Source: Podarcis tiliguerta (lineage: Eukaryota). Taken from it: 64,000 bases of DNA. The position numbers and the translations under genes were made by a program. The notes under the pieces were generated by a model, which saw only the letters and a list, made by a program, of their open reading frames with translations, did no database searches and was not told the DNA's origin. Shown piece by piece: positions 1-11,459 of this stretch. Each line of letters starts with the position of its first letter. Position 1 is the first letter of the stretch. The DNA is taken from the NCBI GenBank assembly GCA_965153285.1, contig OZ229118.1, one strand, 5' to 3'.

Positions 1-267
1 AATGGAGTTGTCCCCCGCCCCCATTCATTTTCGCAGATGTTTCAGTGCAAACCACTTTCTGCTCCTGGGCCAAGATGCGCTTCCACCATTCATCAGCTGA
101 TGGTTGGTAGAAGCATGCCATGCTCCATCTAAATAACAGGAGCTCACTTTAAGCTAGTTGTTCCTTTGATACTATGTCAGTGTCTGCATGGTTTGTCAGT
201 AACAGCCTGGTGGGTCAAATAGGGGCCACAATATTTTTAAACCAACCCAGCTCCAGATTCTGGGTCC

Positions 268-673
268 TAGAATCATATAATTGTAGAGTTGGACGGAATC
301 ACCAGGGCCATCTAGTGCAGCCCCCTGCGATGCAGGAATCTCCCTAGATTATACATGACAGGTGGCTATCCAATCTCTGCTTAAAAACATCCAAGGAAGG
401 AGAGCCCACCACTTGTGTTGTGAGTCTGTTTCACCATGGAACAGCTCTTACTGTCAGAAAGTTCTTCCTGATGTTTAGTTAGAATCTCCTTTCTTATAAC
501 TTGAATCTATTGGTTTAGGTCCTATCCTCTGGAGCAGGAAAAAAAAAAAAGCTTGCTTATTGTTGTGACAGCCCTTTAGATGTTTGAAGATGGCTCTCAT
601 GTCTCCTCTCAGTCCCCTCTTTAGGAGGCGAAACATACCCAACTTCCTCAACTGTTCCTCGTAGGGCTTGGTT
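268..673 (-). mobile_element. CR1 LINE 3' fragment (degenerate)
   Basis: The reverse complement ends in a CR1-type tail (...TCCAACTCTACAATTATATGATTCTA). Internal sequence resembles the CR1 ORF2 3' end. Boundaries approximate. Confidence 0.75.
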
Positions 674-863
674 TGTCTTTGTAATAGATATGTGTAAGGT
701 GAATTATTTTTTTACTAGTAAGATAGATAATGCATCAGAGACCACTGTATCTTTTTATATACTGTTCAGGAAAGGTGAAGATCAATATATAAGCTTGACT
801 TCACACCATTAATACAATTCTGTAAATAAAAAATATTAAAAGTAGTAGTTAAATACTATGTTA

Positions 864-1101
864 CAGGCTTACCTTGGTTGTCGAACAGAATCCGTTCGAC
901 TTCTGAAAATGTTTGACAGCCAAGGCGTTGTTTCCGATTGGCTTCAGGAGCTTCCTGCACTCAATCGGAAGCCGCAGAAGCCGTGCTGGTCGTTCGGCTT
1001 CCAAAGAACGTTTGCAAACCGGAACACTCACTTCCGGGTTAGCGGCGTTCAGGAGCCAAAACATTCAAGTTGCAAGGCGTTTGGGATCCAAGGTACGACT
1101 G
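864..1101. mobile_element. Tc1/mariner (Tigger-like) non-autonomous MITE
   Basis: TIRs CAGGCTTACCTTGG / CCAAGGTACGACTG, flanked by TA at 862-863 and 1102-1103. CpG-rich interior. Confidence 0.75.
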
Positions 1102-1162
1102 TACTATGTTTGCAACCTATGTCTAGCTGTATATCTAAAGTTAGTGGTTTAATACTTAATAG

Positions 1163-2804
1163 TTGTTGTTGTTGTTTAGTCGTTCAGTCGTGTCCGACTC
1201 TTCGTGACCCCATGGACCAGAGCACGCCAGGCACTTCTGTCTTCCACTGCCACCCGCAGTTTGGTCAGATTCATGTTTGTAGCTTCGAGAACACTGTCTA
1301 ACCATCTCGTCCTCTGTCGTCCTCTTCTCCTTGTGCCCTCCATCTTTCCCAACATCAGGGTCTTTTCCAGGGAGTCTTCTCTTCTCATGAGGTGGCCAAA
1401 GTATTGGAGCCTCAGCTTCACGATCTGTCCTTCCAGTGAGCACTCAGGGCTGATTTCCTTAAGAATGGATGCGTTTGATCTTCTTGCAGTCCATGGGACT
1501 CTCAAGAGTCTCCTCCAGCACCATAATTCAAAAGCGTCAATTCTTCGGCGATCAGCCTTCTTTATGGTCCAGCTCTCACTTCCATACATCACTACTGGGA
1601 AAACCATAGCTTTTACTATACGGACCTTTGTTGGCAAGGTGATGTCTCTACTTTTTAAAATGCTATCTAGGTTTGCCATTGCTTTCCTCCCAAGAAGCAG
1701 GCGTCTCTTAATTTCGTGGCTGCTGTCACCATCTGCAGTGATCATGGAGCCCAAGAAAGTAAAATCTCTCACTGCCTCCATTTCCTCCCCTTCTATTTGC
1801 CAGGAGGTGATGGGACCAGTGGCCATGATCTTCGTTTTTTTGATGTTGAGCTTCAGACCATATTTTGTGCTCTCCTCTTTCACCCTCAATAAAAGGTTTT
1901 TTAATTCCTCCTCACTTTCTGCCATCAAGGTTGTGTCATCTGCATATCTGAGGTTGTTGATATTTCTTCCAGCAATCTTAATTCCGGCTAGGGATTCATC
2001 CAGCCCAGCCTTTCGCATGATGAATTCTGCATATAAGTTAAATAAGCAGGGAGACAAAATACAGCCTTGTCGTACTCCTTTCCCAATTTTGAACCAATCA
2101 GTTGTTCCATATCCAGTTCTAACTGTAGCTTCTTGTCCCACATAGAGATTTCTCAGGAGACAGATGAGGTGATCAGGCACTCCCATTTCTTTAAGAACTT
2201 GCCATAGTTTGCTGTGATCGACACAGTCAAAGGCTTTTGCATAGTCAATGAAGCAGAAGTAGATGTCTTTCTGGAACTCTCTAGCTTTCTCCATAATCCA
2301 GCGCATGTTTGCAATTTGGTCTCTGGTTCCCCTGCCTCTTCTAAATCCAGCTTGCACTTCTGGGAGTTCTCGGTCCACATACTGCTTGAGCCTTCCTTGA
2401 AGAATTTTAAGCATAACCTTGCTAGCGTGTGAAATGAGTGCAATTGTGCGGTAGTTGGAGCATTCTTTAGCACTGCCCTTCTTTGGGATTGGGATGTAGA
2501 CTGACCTTCTCCAATCTTCTGGCCACTGCTGAGTTTTCCAAACTTGCTGGCATATTGAGTGTAGCACCTTAACAGCATCATCTTTTAAAATTTTAAATAG
2601 TTCAGCTGGAATACCATCACCTCCACTGGCCTTGTTATTTGCAATGCTTTCTAAGGCCCATTTGACTTCACTCTCCAGGATGTCTGGCTCAAGGTCAGCA
2701 ACCACACTACCTGGGGTGTATGAGACATCCATATCTTTCTGGTATAGTTCCTCTGTGTATTCTTGCCACCTCTTCTTGATGTCTTCTGCTTCTGTTAGGT
2801 CCTT
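1163..2804 (-). mobile_element. BovB (RTE clade) LINE, 5'-truncated, young
   Basis: (CAA)n 3' tail at about 1163-1176. TACTTAATAG target duplication at 1153-1162 and 2804-2813. Uninterrupted RT ORF. Confidence 0.95.
1176..2804 (-). CDS. BovB ORF C-terminal part (reverse transcriptase), no endonuclease domain
   Basis: 518-aa ORF with motifs NYRTIALISH, FIDYAKAFD, GVRQGCILSP and LRYADD. The frame stays open upstream of the Met (KDLTEAEDIKKRWQEYTEEL) up to the truncation point. Confidence 0.9.
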   Translation of the reverse strand, partial: KDLTEAEDIKKRWQEYTEELYQKDMDVSYTPGSVVADLEPDILESEVKWALESIANNKASGGDGIPAELFKILKDDAVKVLHSICQQVWKTQQWPEDWRRSVYIPIPKKGSAKECSNYRTIALISHASKVMLKILQGRLKQYVDRELPEVQAGFRRGRGTRDQIANMRWIMEKAREFQKDIYFCFIDYAKAFDCVDHSKLWQVLKEMGVPDHLICLLRNLYVGQEATVRTGYGTTDWFKIGKGVRQGCILSPCLFNLYAEFIMRKAGLDESLAGIKIAGRNINNLRYADDTTLMAESEEELKNLLLRVKEESTKYGLKLNIKKTKIMATGPITSWQIEGEEMEAVRDFTFLGSMITADGDSSHEIKRRLLLGRKAMANLDSILKSRDITLPTKVRIVKAMVFPVVMYGSESWTIKKADRRRIDAFELWCWRRLLRVPWTARRSNASILKEISPECSLEGQIVKLRLQYFGHLMRREDSLEKTLMLGKMEGTRRRGRQRTRWLDSVLEATNMNLTKLRVAVEDRSAWRALVHGVTKSRTRLND

Positions 2805-3328
2805 ACTTAATAGTACTTAATAGTACTTAATAGTAGCTTAACACTATTAATAGTAAGCTACTACTTAATGTTAACTACTACTTAATGTTAAGCTACTACT
2901 TAATAGTAGCTTAACACTATTAATTTCATTGGTTTTTCATAGGCTGTACTTTTTAATACTTTCAGTTGTAATATTTCATCCTAACATCTGAAAACCTATA
3001 GAGATTAGCAGCATCTGAGGGTAGAAGTCAAAAGTAGTTTTTGTACTAGACAAAATAACCAGGTTCTAAGTATTCCTAAAGTATAATGATTTAAGAACAT
3101 TTAGGGCTTTGAATTTTTTGATGTATATCAGGATGGATGGATTCATTAGCTGTAGTGGCATATTTAACTTTGTTTTGCTTACGTATATCCTAAATTTATA
3201 TTTTCACAAGGTGCTTGAGTGACTATTCTTAACTCATAGCCAGTACTGCTTTTTTTTTTATTATCATATCAGAGTGGCAAACGTATGGATAACAACCTGA
3301 GATACTGTTACAGTTTCTGTTGCCATTT

Positions 3329-3371
3329 TGTGTGTGTGTGTGTGTGTGTGCGCACACACACACACACACAC
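3329..3371. repeat. (TG)n-CG-(CA)n palindromic microsatellite
   Basis: Direct reading. Perfect 40-bp palindrome at 3332-3371. Confidence 0.95.
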
Positions 3372-4785
3372 TCACAGTTGAAAGAAGTGCACAGCAGTTC
3401 AAGGTACTGTGTGGTCTGTTTTCCTAAGTTTCAGCTTCTGTCTGAGGATACCTTTCTGTCTCTATACATTACATCATCTTTGCTGCAAACGTGTGTGTCC
3501 ACTGGGATTTGCTCTTCTTCCATTCCCCTTGGAAGAAGAGCTTGTATTGATGCCATAATTGGACCCATCTTTTGGTTGCTTTGGAAATTCACTGTAATAA
3601 GGGTGTTGTGTATCAAGCCATGCTGCATTTTAGGCAATTTAGGTGTCAGTAATATGCCTGCCAGTCTGGGTCCTGTTTCCAATTTGTGAAAATTGACAGT
3701 GCTGGGTTGCCTGCCCTGTAAGCTTATAAATCTGTTAAGAGAGTTACTGAGATATTCTTCAATAAGCAGTTTTTGTATCAGGTGGCATTTTTTTCTGAAT
3801 TACTCAAATGTGGAATTGTGTCACATTAAATGCTAGTGTTAAATGTATGCTTATTTGTTAAGAGAAGATTGGGCAACCTTCCTTGAGAGAAATCCATTTA
3901 ATAATAGAAAATTGAAACCTGTACATAAATTCAGTAGAAAATTGAATGACAGACGATTGTTAAAAACTTGGAAAAACATTGAATACTAAAACTTTTCTTC
4001 ACCACTGGTTTGCTACTAACTTTGCAATATTTGAATATTGTATATACATTATGCTTGGGCATCTTGCATCCTTTTGTAGAAGGAATAGAGATATTGGTAT
4101 TAGTTTCATGTTGATGAATAAAAATATAATCTATAGTATTCAGTCAAATTCATGCATCAAAATTTGTTGTTGAGCTGCCATTTTTAATGAGTGGGGGCAC
4201 TAGTCTGCTATGACTTGTGCAGAGGTAACCAGTCAGTATGCAGTAAATACATTTAATCTGATCACACCTAGAGATAGTGACCTAGAGATGAAATGTCTGT
4301 CAATATATGTAACTCCTGACTCTCAGCTCATTCCTGGGAATTAAAGTGCTGGTTTCAACCTGACAAGCCCTAACTGGCTTAGGGCAGGTTTCCTGGAAGA
4401 TTGCCTCCTGCATAGCCTACTCAAACCTTAAGCCTTGCTCTGGTTGCATGACATCTGATCACTGGCGTATGTCTACCAGGGAAAGGGCTTTCTTGGCCAT
4501 GGTACTGTAGCTATGAAATTTAAGTATTTTCCTGTCTTTTTGGATTCTTTTCCTAAAAAGTATAATGGGGGGGTATCCATGCCATACAAGCTTCCCCTTC
4601 TCTGTGGCCTGAACTTTTGGGCTGTATGGGAGGTGCAGGGGGAAGGGGAGGAGAGGAAGGGTAAGTCTTGTCTCACCAGTGGAAGCCTGGTCCACTAGTG
4701 GGTGGCCATTATTGGATGTCATTCTCTATTTATAAATGTTTTGTTTGTAAGATACCAAATGAATATTTATTAAGGGTGACTAACC

Positions 4786-5140
4786 GGTGGCGCTGTGGGT
4801 AAAAGCCTCAGCGCCTAGGGCTTGCCGATCTAAAGGTCGGTGGTTCGAATCCCCGCGGCGGGGTGCGCTCCCGTTGCTCGGTCCCAGCGCCTGCCAACCT
4901 AGCAGTTCGAAAGCACTCCCGGGTGCAAGTAGATAAATAGGGACCGCTTACTAGCGGGAAGGTAAACGGCGTTTCCGTGTGCGGCTCTGGCTCGCCAGAG
5001 CAGCGATGTCACGCTGGCCACGTGACCCGGAAGTGTCTCCGGACAGCGCTGGCCCCCGGCCTCTTGAGTGAGATGGGCGCACAACCTTAGAGTCTGTCAA
5101 GACTGGCCCGTACGGGCAGGGGTACCTTTACCTTTACCTT
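4786..5140 (+). mobile_element. Sauria SINE, near full length, young
   Basis: tRNA-like head with box B GGTTCGAATCC, core CCTAGCAGTTCGAAAGCA, (ACCTTT)n tail, TAACC on both flanks, many intact CpGs. Confidence 0.9.
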
Positions 5141-5212
5141 TAACCAACCAACCAACCAACCAACCAATCAATTAATCAATCAATCAATCAGTCAGTCAGT
5201 TAGTCAATCAAT
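5141..5212. repeat. Compound tetranucleotide microsatellite (AACC)n(AATC)n(AGTC)n
   Basis: Direct reading. Confidence 0.9.
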
Positions 5213-7647
5213 CCCTGACTGTTCAAACTCCAAGTATCCATAAGCTTATGATTGTTATAAAAACAACAGCAAAACTCATTATTCTGATTAAAGCTGTGGA
5301 CTGCTTACTTTAGACCGATCACATCAGTGTCAATGGCTATGATTCTAAGGAGACTTGACTTAAACATGTCTGAAATAAGTAGCTGCACATACTTAACAGG
5401 GATTATAGTTTTGCCACCGCAGAACCCAAGTCCAAGTAGTTGGCCAGTCCTCAAAGCAGCATGTCTGAGAACTGAGGGAGCTTCAGCACTGAAAATGAGG
5501 GATGTTATGAGTAACTGTTGGAGCCTGACTTTGATTGAAATCCAGGGAGTTTGGAAGACAAGGCTAAATGGAACATAAACCTTCAGATACCTTGACTGAA
5601 CTCTTGCACCATCGGCTACTCTCTTGCCACTCCCAGGTCCCCAAGCATACTCCCTTTCCTTCATCCTGTGGTGTCCTAGAAGAGTAAGGAGCAGTTACAG
5701 TGCCCACTCTGTCATTAACTATAGCATGAGTGGGGAACCTCAGGCACTCTAAAACAGGAGTGCAGTGGCTGCCTTAAAGAATTTCTCAAAAGCACTGTTT
5801 AAAGTAGCCCTCTCTCCTTCAAACGTTCAAAGATAGATGCTTCAAACAGCGCTTTTGGAACCCAGCACTAAGCAGGATCGCTGTTGCAAAGTGTGAGCAA
5901 TCCTGCTAAGCTATGGGCTTGGGTGCACAAGATTGCTACAAGCTCTCTAAACTCTATTGTGCACCTGAGCAGTGCCCTAAGCAGGATTGCCCCTCCCCTC
6001 CACATTGGCTGATGCAAAGGAAGAATGATCCTGTTTGTGTGCTAGTTCCTTCAGTAATCCATAAATATGCATAAACATCCATAAATATGCAAATTTAAAA
6101 ATTGAGGGCCACCACCTGTACTAGCCAGGATTGCTTTAATGCTGTTGCTTTTGAAACATTTGAAATGCTCCAAGGTATAACATTTGTAAGATATGTGAAC
6201 ACTTAAGCCTCCTTTTTTGAGGTATAATTAAAATAGATTTTAAAGTATTTTTGCAGCTTAAAACTTGTGTGTTTGCATATGGCAGGCTTTTCTAGTTTAG
6301 TTATTAAATCCTGCTAACAAAACAGCTGGCATTAGCTGGAATGGCGCAAACACTTCCATAGTTTTCTAATGTTTCTGTTTTAAAGTAGCTATTTAAACAG
6401 GAGTCATGGATTAAAAATATTTAATACCTTTATACACACTGCTGCTCTTTTAAGCAGTAGGAAATGTAAATGGAATGTTTTTCTCTAAAAGCTAAGAACA
6501 GAATGTGCTATATGACTAACCAATCTGCAATTAAAGCAAGATTGGCAGGTGTCAGCAGCAAACCCAGCTAAGGCACCAATGTGTCTGTGCTCAATGCTGG
6601 GTGTATTAAAGATCTGGATTATGGATTCATCCACAGTAACAGCTCAACAGAATGGTATTTGTACAGATGGTCTGGAACACCAGCAAATGGGTTAACCATG
6701 CAGCATATATTGCTAATAGAGGTGGTGAAGATAGAATGTTAACAGGATCTAAGCCTAAACCTAGAGAATCTAAGAAAAATGCACTATAACATTATTTGCA
6801 AGTGTAATATTTTAAGGTTAAATAGTAATATATTAATAATAATAAGTCAGGGTAATTATATTTTCCTTTTTACAAAACTGAAAATTTCAAGTGGTATGGG
6901 AATAAACTAAAGAGCCGTACTCTGGCATCCACATATGATTGCCAGCCTGCCTACAGTTGGCTTTAATAGTGGATTGGCAACCATGATACAGATCACATAG
7001 TTCTTAATTGCTGCCATTATATCTACTGCAACCACTCAGACCAAAGGGTAATGATGTGCTGAAACCTGCTCTTTTATTTTGCAATTTGAATAGTGTTACT
7101 ACTCAATTTGAGTAGTGTTACTGTTGCTTGTTACTACTACAGCCCTGCAAAAAGATTAGTTACAAAGAAAGTTACTGAGAGTCATTCTGCTGCTATAGTT
7201 GTCCCTGGATATTTTTGTCAACATGTTCATCTTCCAGGTTGGATATAGTACTGAGAAGGCACTTTTTGTTCATCGTTCATAGGGAGAGGTAGTACCCTAT
7301 TTAATCTCACTAAGATTGTGATGTATTGGTGTCATAGCTGTCGAAGTTGGCAGTACTTTATGGCAATGCAGATGACTTATTCAGTGCATTACACATTGGA
7401 AGGGTGGCAATAGGTATAATGGGTGGTTTTCATCACTTACTGGATGTCCTTATTAAAGTTTTCACTTGATGCTATTCTGAATCTTCTACCTCCTGTTTGT
7501 GTTTGAGACCACAAAGTAAGGTGTTCATAAGTTCACTGGCATCATCACTAATGATGCCCAACCACCACCCTAATTTCATCAATGTTGGATCTTGTACCTG
7601 ACACTTAGTACTTGCCCACAATGACATCAGTATATAGTCAACCCACA

Positions 7648-8016
7648 GGGGTGGGTGGCGCTGTGATCTAAACTACCAAGCGTCTTGGGCTTGCCTATGA
7701 TAAGGTTGGCAGTTTAAATACATGCAGTGGTGTGGGCTCCCGTTGCTCTTTTCCAGCTCATGCCAACCTAGCAGTTCGAAAGCATATCAGCGCGAGGAAG
7801 TAAATAGGTACCACTGCGGTAGGAAGGTAAACTGTGTTTCTGTGTGCTCTGGTTTCTGTCACAGTGTTCCGTTGTACCAGAAGTAGTTTAGTCATGCTGG
7901 CCACATGACCTGGAAAGCTGTCTGTGGACAAACACCAGCTTCCTTGGCCTGAAAGCAGAGGTGAGCGCCACACCCCCTGGTCAAATTTGACTGGACTTAA
8001 CCTTTACCATTTTACC
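7648..8016 (+). mobile_element. Sauria SINE, older copy
   Basis: Colinear with the copy at 4786-5140, CpG-decayed, with an ACCTTT-type tail. Confidence 0.85.
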
Positions 8017-8679
8017 AACCAGCAGTGGAACCCATGGAATATATAGTTGCAGTTCAGTTTTTATAACTGCCCCAGATGAAAATTTCTCACAAAATGATTG
8101 AGAAGCAAGGCTTTGGGTAGCAGAGGGGATGTTGATATATTTTGCTGACAAATTAGACTGCTTGGATAATTGATTTAGCTAGGTTTCTAGTAGCACTTTT
8201 GTCTACACTTATCAGGGATGCTGTACTAGTAGATTTCCAGCATCAGCAAGTATTGGACTTGATTACCCTTTCAGGCACCTTCAAACTCTATGATGGAATT
8301 ATGGTCACTATTTCTGAACTAATTCTTTGTCTCTAATAAATAATTCCATTACGTCATACTTTGCTGACATCTAAATTTGCATGACAGTGATATCATGTCA
8401 TTAGATAAGAGTAAATTCTGGGAACTGAAATCCAAGTGACATGACATCTGTGTCCATAGGGATTTCATTGTTAGTAAGTTCTGATGTATTTCTAATGAAA
8501 AACATAGGTTTGGTAACAGAGTAATGGGTATATAGTAAGGTATTTTAAATTGTATCCTAAGGCTACCTAATTTTTCCAAGCCTGTGTTAAGTGTGTTTGT
8601 ATTGGTCAGTTGCTTACTACTATTCTAGACTTGGGCCTGTTTTCACAGCTCCAGAGTACAGACATTACATACAGTAGGA

Positions 8680-8815
8680 CAGCTTTTCACAACCTTGTGC
8701 TCTGCAGATATATTGAACTACAAATCTTATCAGCCTCAGCCAGCATGGCCAATTGGTTATGGAAGATGGGAATTTAGGTCAAACAATTTGAGTGTTACTC
8801 AAATAGGGGAGGTTG
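8680..8815. mobile_element. Short hAT-like MITE (degenerate)
   Basis: Imperfect inverted ends and internal inverted AACTACAAATCTTATC / GATGGGAATTTAGG motifs. Confidence 0.5.
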
Positions 8816-8818
8816 CTC

Positions 8819-9068
8819 CAGGGGTCAGCATACTTTTTCAGCAGGGGGCCAGACCACTGTTCCTCAGACCTTGTGGGGGGCCAGACTATATTTTGAAAAA
8901 AAGAAGAACGAATTCCTATGCCCCACAAATAACTCAGAGATGCATTTTAAATAAAAAGCACACATTCTAGTCATGTAAAAACACGCTGATTCCCGGACCA
9001 TCCGTGGGCCGGATTTAGAAGGTGATTGGGCCTGATCCGGCCCTCAGGCCTTAGTTTGCCTACCTATG
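8819..9068. mobile_element. hAT (Charlie-like) MITE
   Basis: Ends CAGGGGTCAGCATACT ... AGTTTGCCTACCTATG, with subterminal GGGCC repeats. TSD not clear. Confidence 0.6.
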
Positions 9069-11459
9069 TTCTAAGGTATGGAACTTAAACTTGGGGATGG
9101 GGGGCTCATAGAACCTTCCCACGCCATGCATAGAATATACAGAATGAACCAGGTCCAGCTGATTTTCAATATTTAAAGATTTTCCATTTATTTGTAATTT
9201 TCACTTGTTCTGCAACTAATTTTTGATCATCCTTAAGTTTTTTCCTTTTGTGGCTTGAGATAATTGACCTTGAAGGTTTTGCACATGGTGGGGGAAGGTG
9301 TTCAAGGCTAATGCTATGCATGTCCGCCATCTGTAAAATCGACAAGTTGTGACTGGGACCTCAGTGTCCCCAGTCCATACTTAGTGGGCCACTTAACCTT
9401 TGTGAAGTGAGACTGTATAGCCTTTGTGCTTAACTGCTGAGCAGCATTTCCTAATTTAAATCTAAACGTGCTTCTTTCAGTGACCTTGGTAAACATTTGT
9501 TTTCTCCACCTCTCTGTGGGCACCTTAGGGCATTTGAAAATGACTTCTGCTAGTTCCACATACCCCAGGCTGCTGCCACATGAGCCTAACACATTTTTTA
9601 CTGCAGCTCAACAGTAGCCAGGTAGTCATGGAATCAAGCCTTTGCACCTGCGGAGTCTTGTCATAAGTCAGGCTATCAGAACAAAATGTGAAGAAGGAAG
9701 GAGAAAAAGGGGATAAGAAACCAGAATATGGGAACAAGAAAAACCCCCAAACAAACAGAGAGCTTTTGTCTACAGGGCTGTGCCTTCCACTCCAGTGAGG
9801 AAGTAGTAAGAGCTTAGTGAGTCAGACGACTTGCTGCAGCTTGCCAGAAGAAAGCCCAGCAGCTGTGTGAGAGCTCTTCTAGATAGGTTTTGTGTTGCTC
9901 TGTGATTAGTATATCTGAGCTGTCTTCTTTTGACAGCCATAGCACATGGTGGGAGAAGCAATTGCCACACTTCCTCACATCCCACTTCTGCTTTTCCTAG
10001 TAGGTATCACTGCAGAAGGAAGCTCAAGCCTTACCCACTATAAACTACTGCCTGTGGCACTTGTGACTTCAGAAATGTTAGCCACATTACCACCAGTGTC
10101 ATGTGTCCACTAAAATCTAGAGACAGAAGTGTTCTGGGCATGGCAGCAAAAGGAAAAGATGCAATAAGAAAACCATTGTTGGGGAGGGTGCTTCCTAGAT
10201 ATTAAGAACCAAAGAGTCCGGAGTAGGGCGTTTCCTCATTTGCTTTCTTTTATATGTTTGAAGGGGAAAGATTTGCAGTCAATAAACAGTGATGGTGGGA
10301 GGGTGACAAACGTATCCACGTTTGTTCTTTGGCTACAGCTAAAAATAAATTTGAAGACCACTGCTTCAAATGAGTGCTATCAGCTCCCACAATACTGTAA
10401 AATGCTTTCAAAAATACTTTTGCACGTGTGAATACACATGCATAAAGGCAGTTTTTCCATAGTCGAACCCTGAAGAAAAACCTACGGTCCCATATTAGTC
10501 TTATTCTAGATTTTCATTCTAAGGAAACATATTTTAATGTGTGTTTTAAAAAGAATACAGGACAGATTATTATGGTATATACAAGCCTAAAAATGAATGA
10601 TCCAAAACTTTAAAATATGGTTTAGTGGTGGTGCTTGTTTTTATTTTTTAAAGAATTCTATGGCTTTATAAAAATAGACTTTTAGAGAATCACCTTTTGG
10701 TCTGCCAAGTGAGCTTTGACCTGCAGTCACTACAGGAAAGCATTACTGTATGACAGATTAAATTAACCAACTGAGAATGCATGTGTCTGGTAGAAACAGC
10801 TGCAGCCTCTGTCTCTGGCACTTTTCTATATTGTTCATAAATATATGTTTGAAGTTCTTGTCGTCTGTTCGATTTTTGCTACTGTAGTAGCAGAAATGAG
10901 CATTCTTTCCCTGCCTTTCTCTCCCAAGTTGTGTGTGCACATGGGCTTGAATACCAGGAATGCATTGTAAGTGTAAAAAGGTCAGATTTTCATGATAAAA
11001 AATTGATGGCAAAAAGTCTTTCTTATTTTTCTCACTGATGACTTGCATAAAAACATCGTGGAAGTGTGTTGCTTGTAATGTAGCAGGGTTTTGTGCTTTT
11101 TTTGGCTGGAGTATGCCCTTCAGCTTAGTTCATGTGCCATAATGCTGTGGTGACAGAGCTAGTTTTACATGGGAGTGGCTAGGTTAATTTCTCCATTTTA
11201 AAAATGAAATACTACCTTCAAGAGACATGTTGTATCTGTACAAATTTAGAGCCTGCCTGCCTATTCCAGTGCTATATTCTGTGAACTGTACACCTCTTTT
11301 AATGGAAACTACATGTTTGACCTGTGTGGCAAACTGCAGACTTTATTTAAACAAATTTCAGCAGAGGATTGTGAAAATTCACAGCTATGCACCTTTCAGT
11401 TACCTAAGCCTGAACAGTATCATACCTGTGTGCCCATGAAAGCTTGTCAAGTATGCCAT

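Noticed and set aside
1204-2145. 313-aa + strand ORF
   Set aside because: Antisense shadow of the BovB RT frame, with no recognisable protein features.
3431-3682. 83-aa minus-strand ORF as a pseudogene fragment
   Set aside because: No recognisable homology, poly(A) or TSD.
4786-4860. tRNA gene
   Set aside because: The box A/B region is the head of a Sauria SINE, not a full cloverleaf gene.
1-11400. Upstream long-isoform RAPGEF2 exons
   Set aside because: I could not find sequence matching the long-isoform N-terminal peptides. They probably lie upstream of the window.
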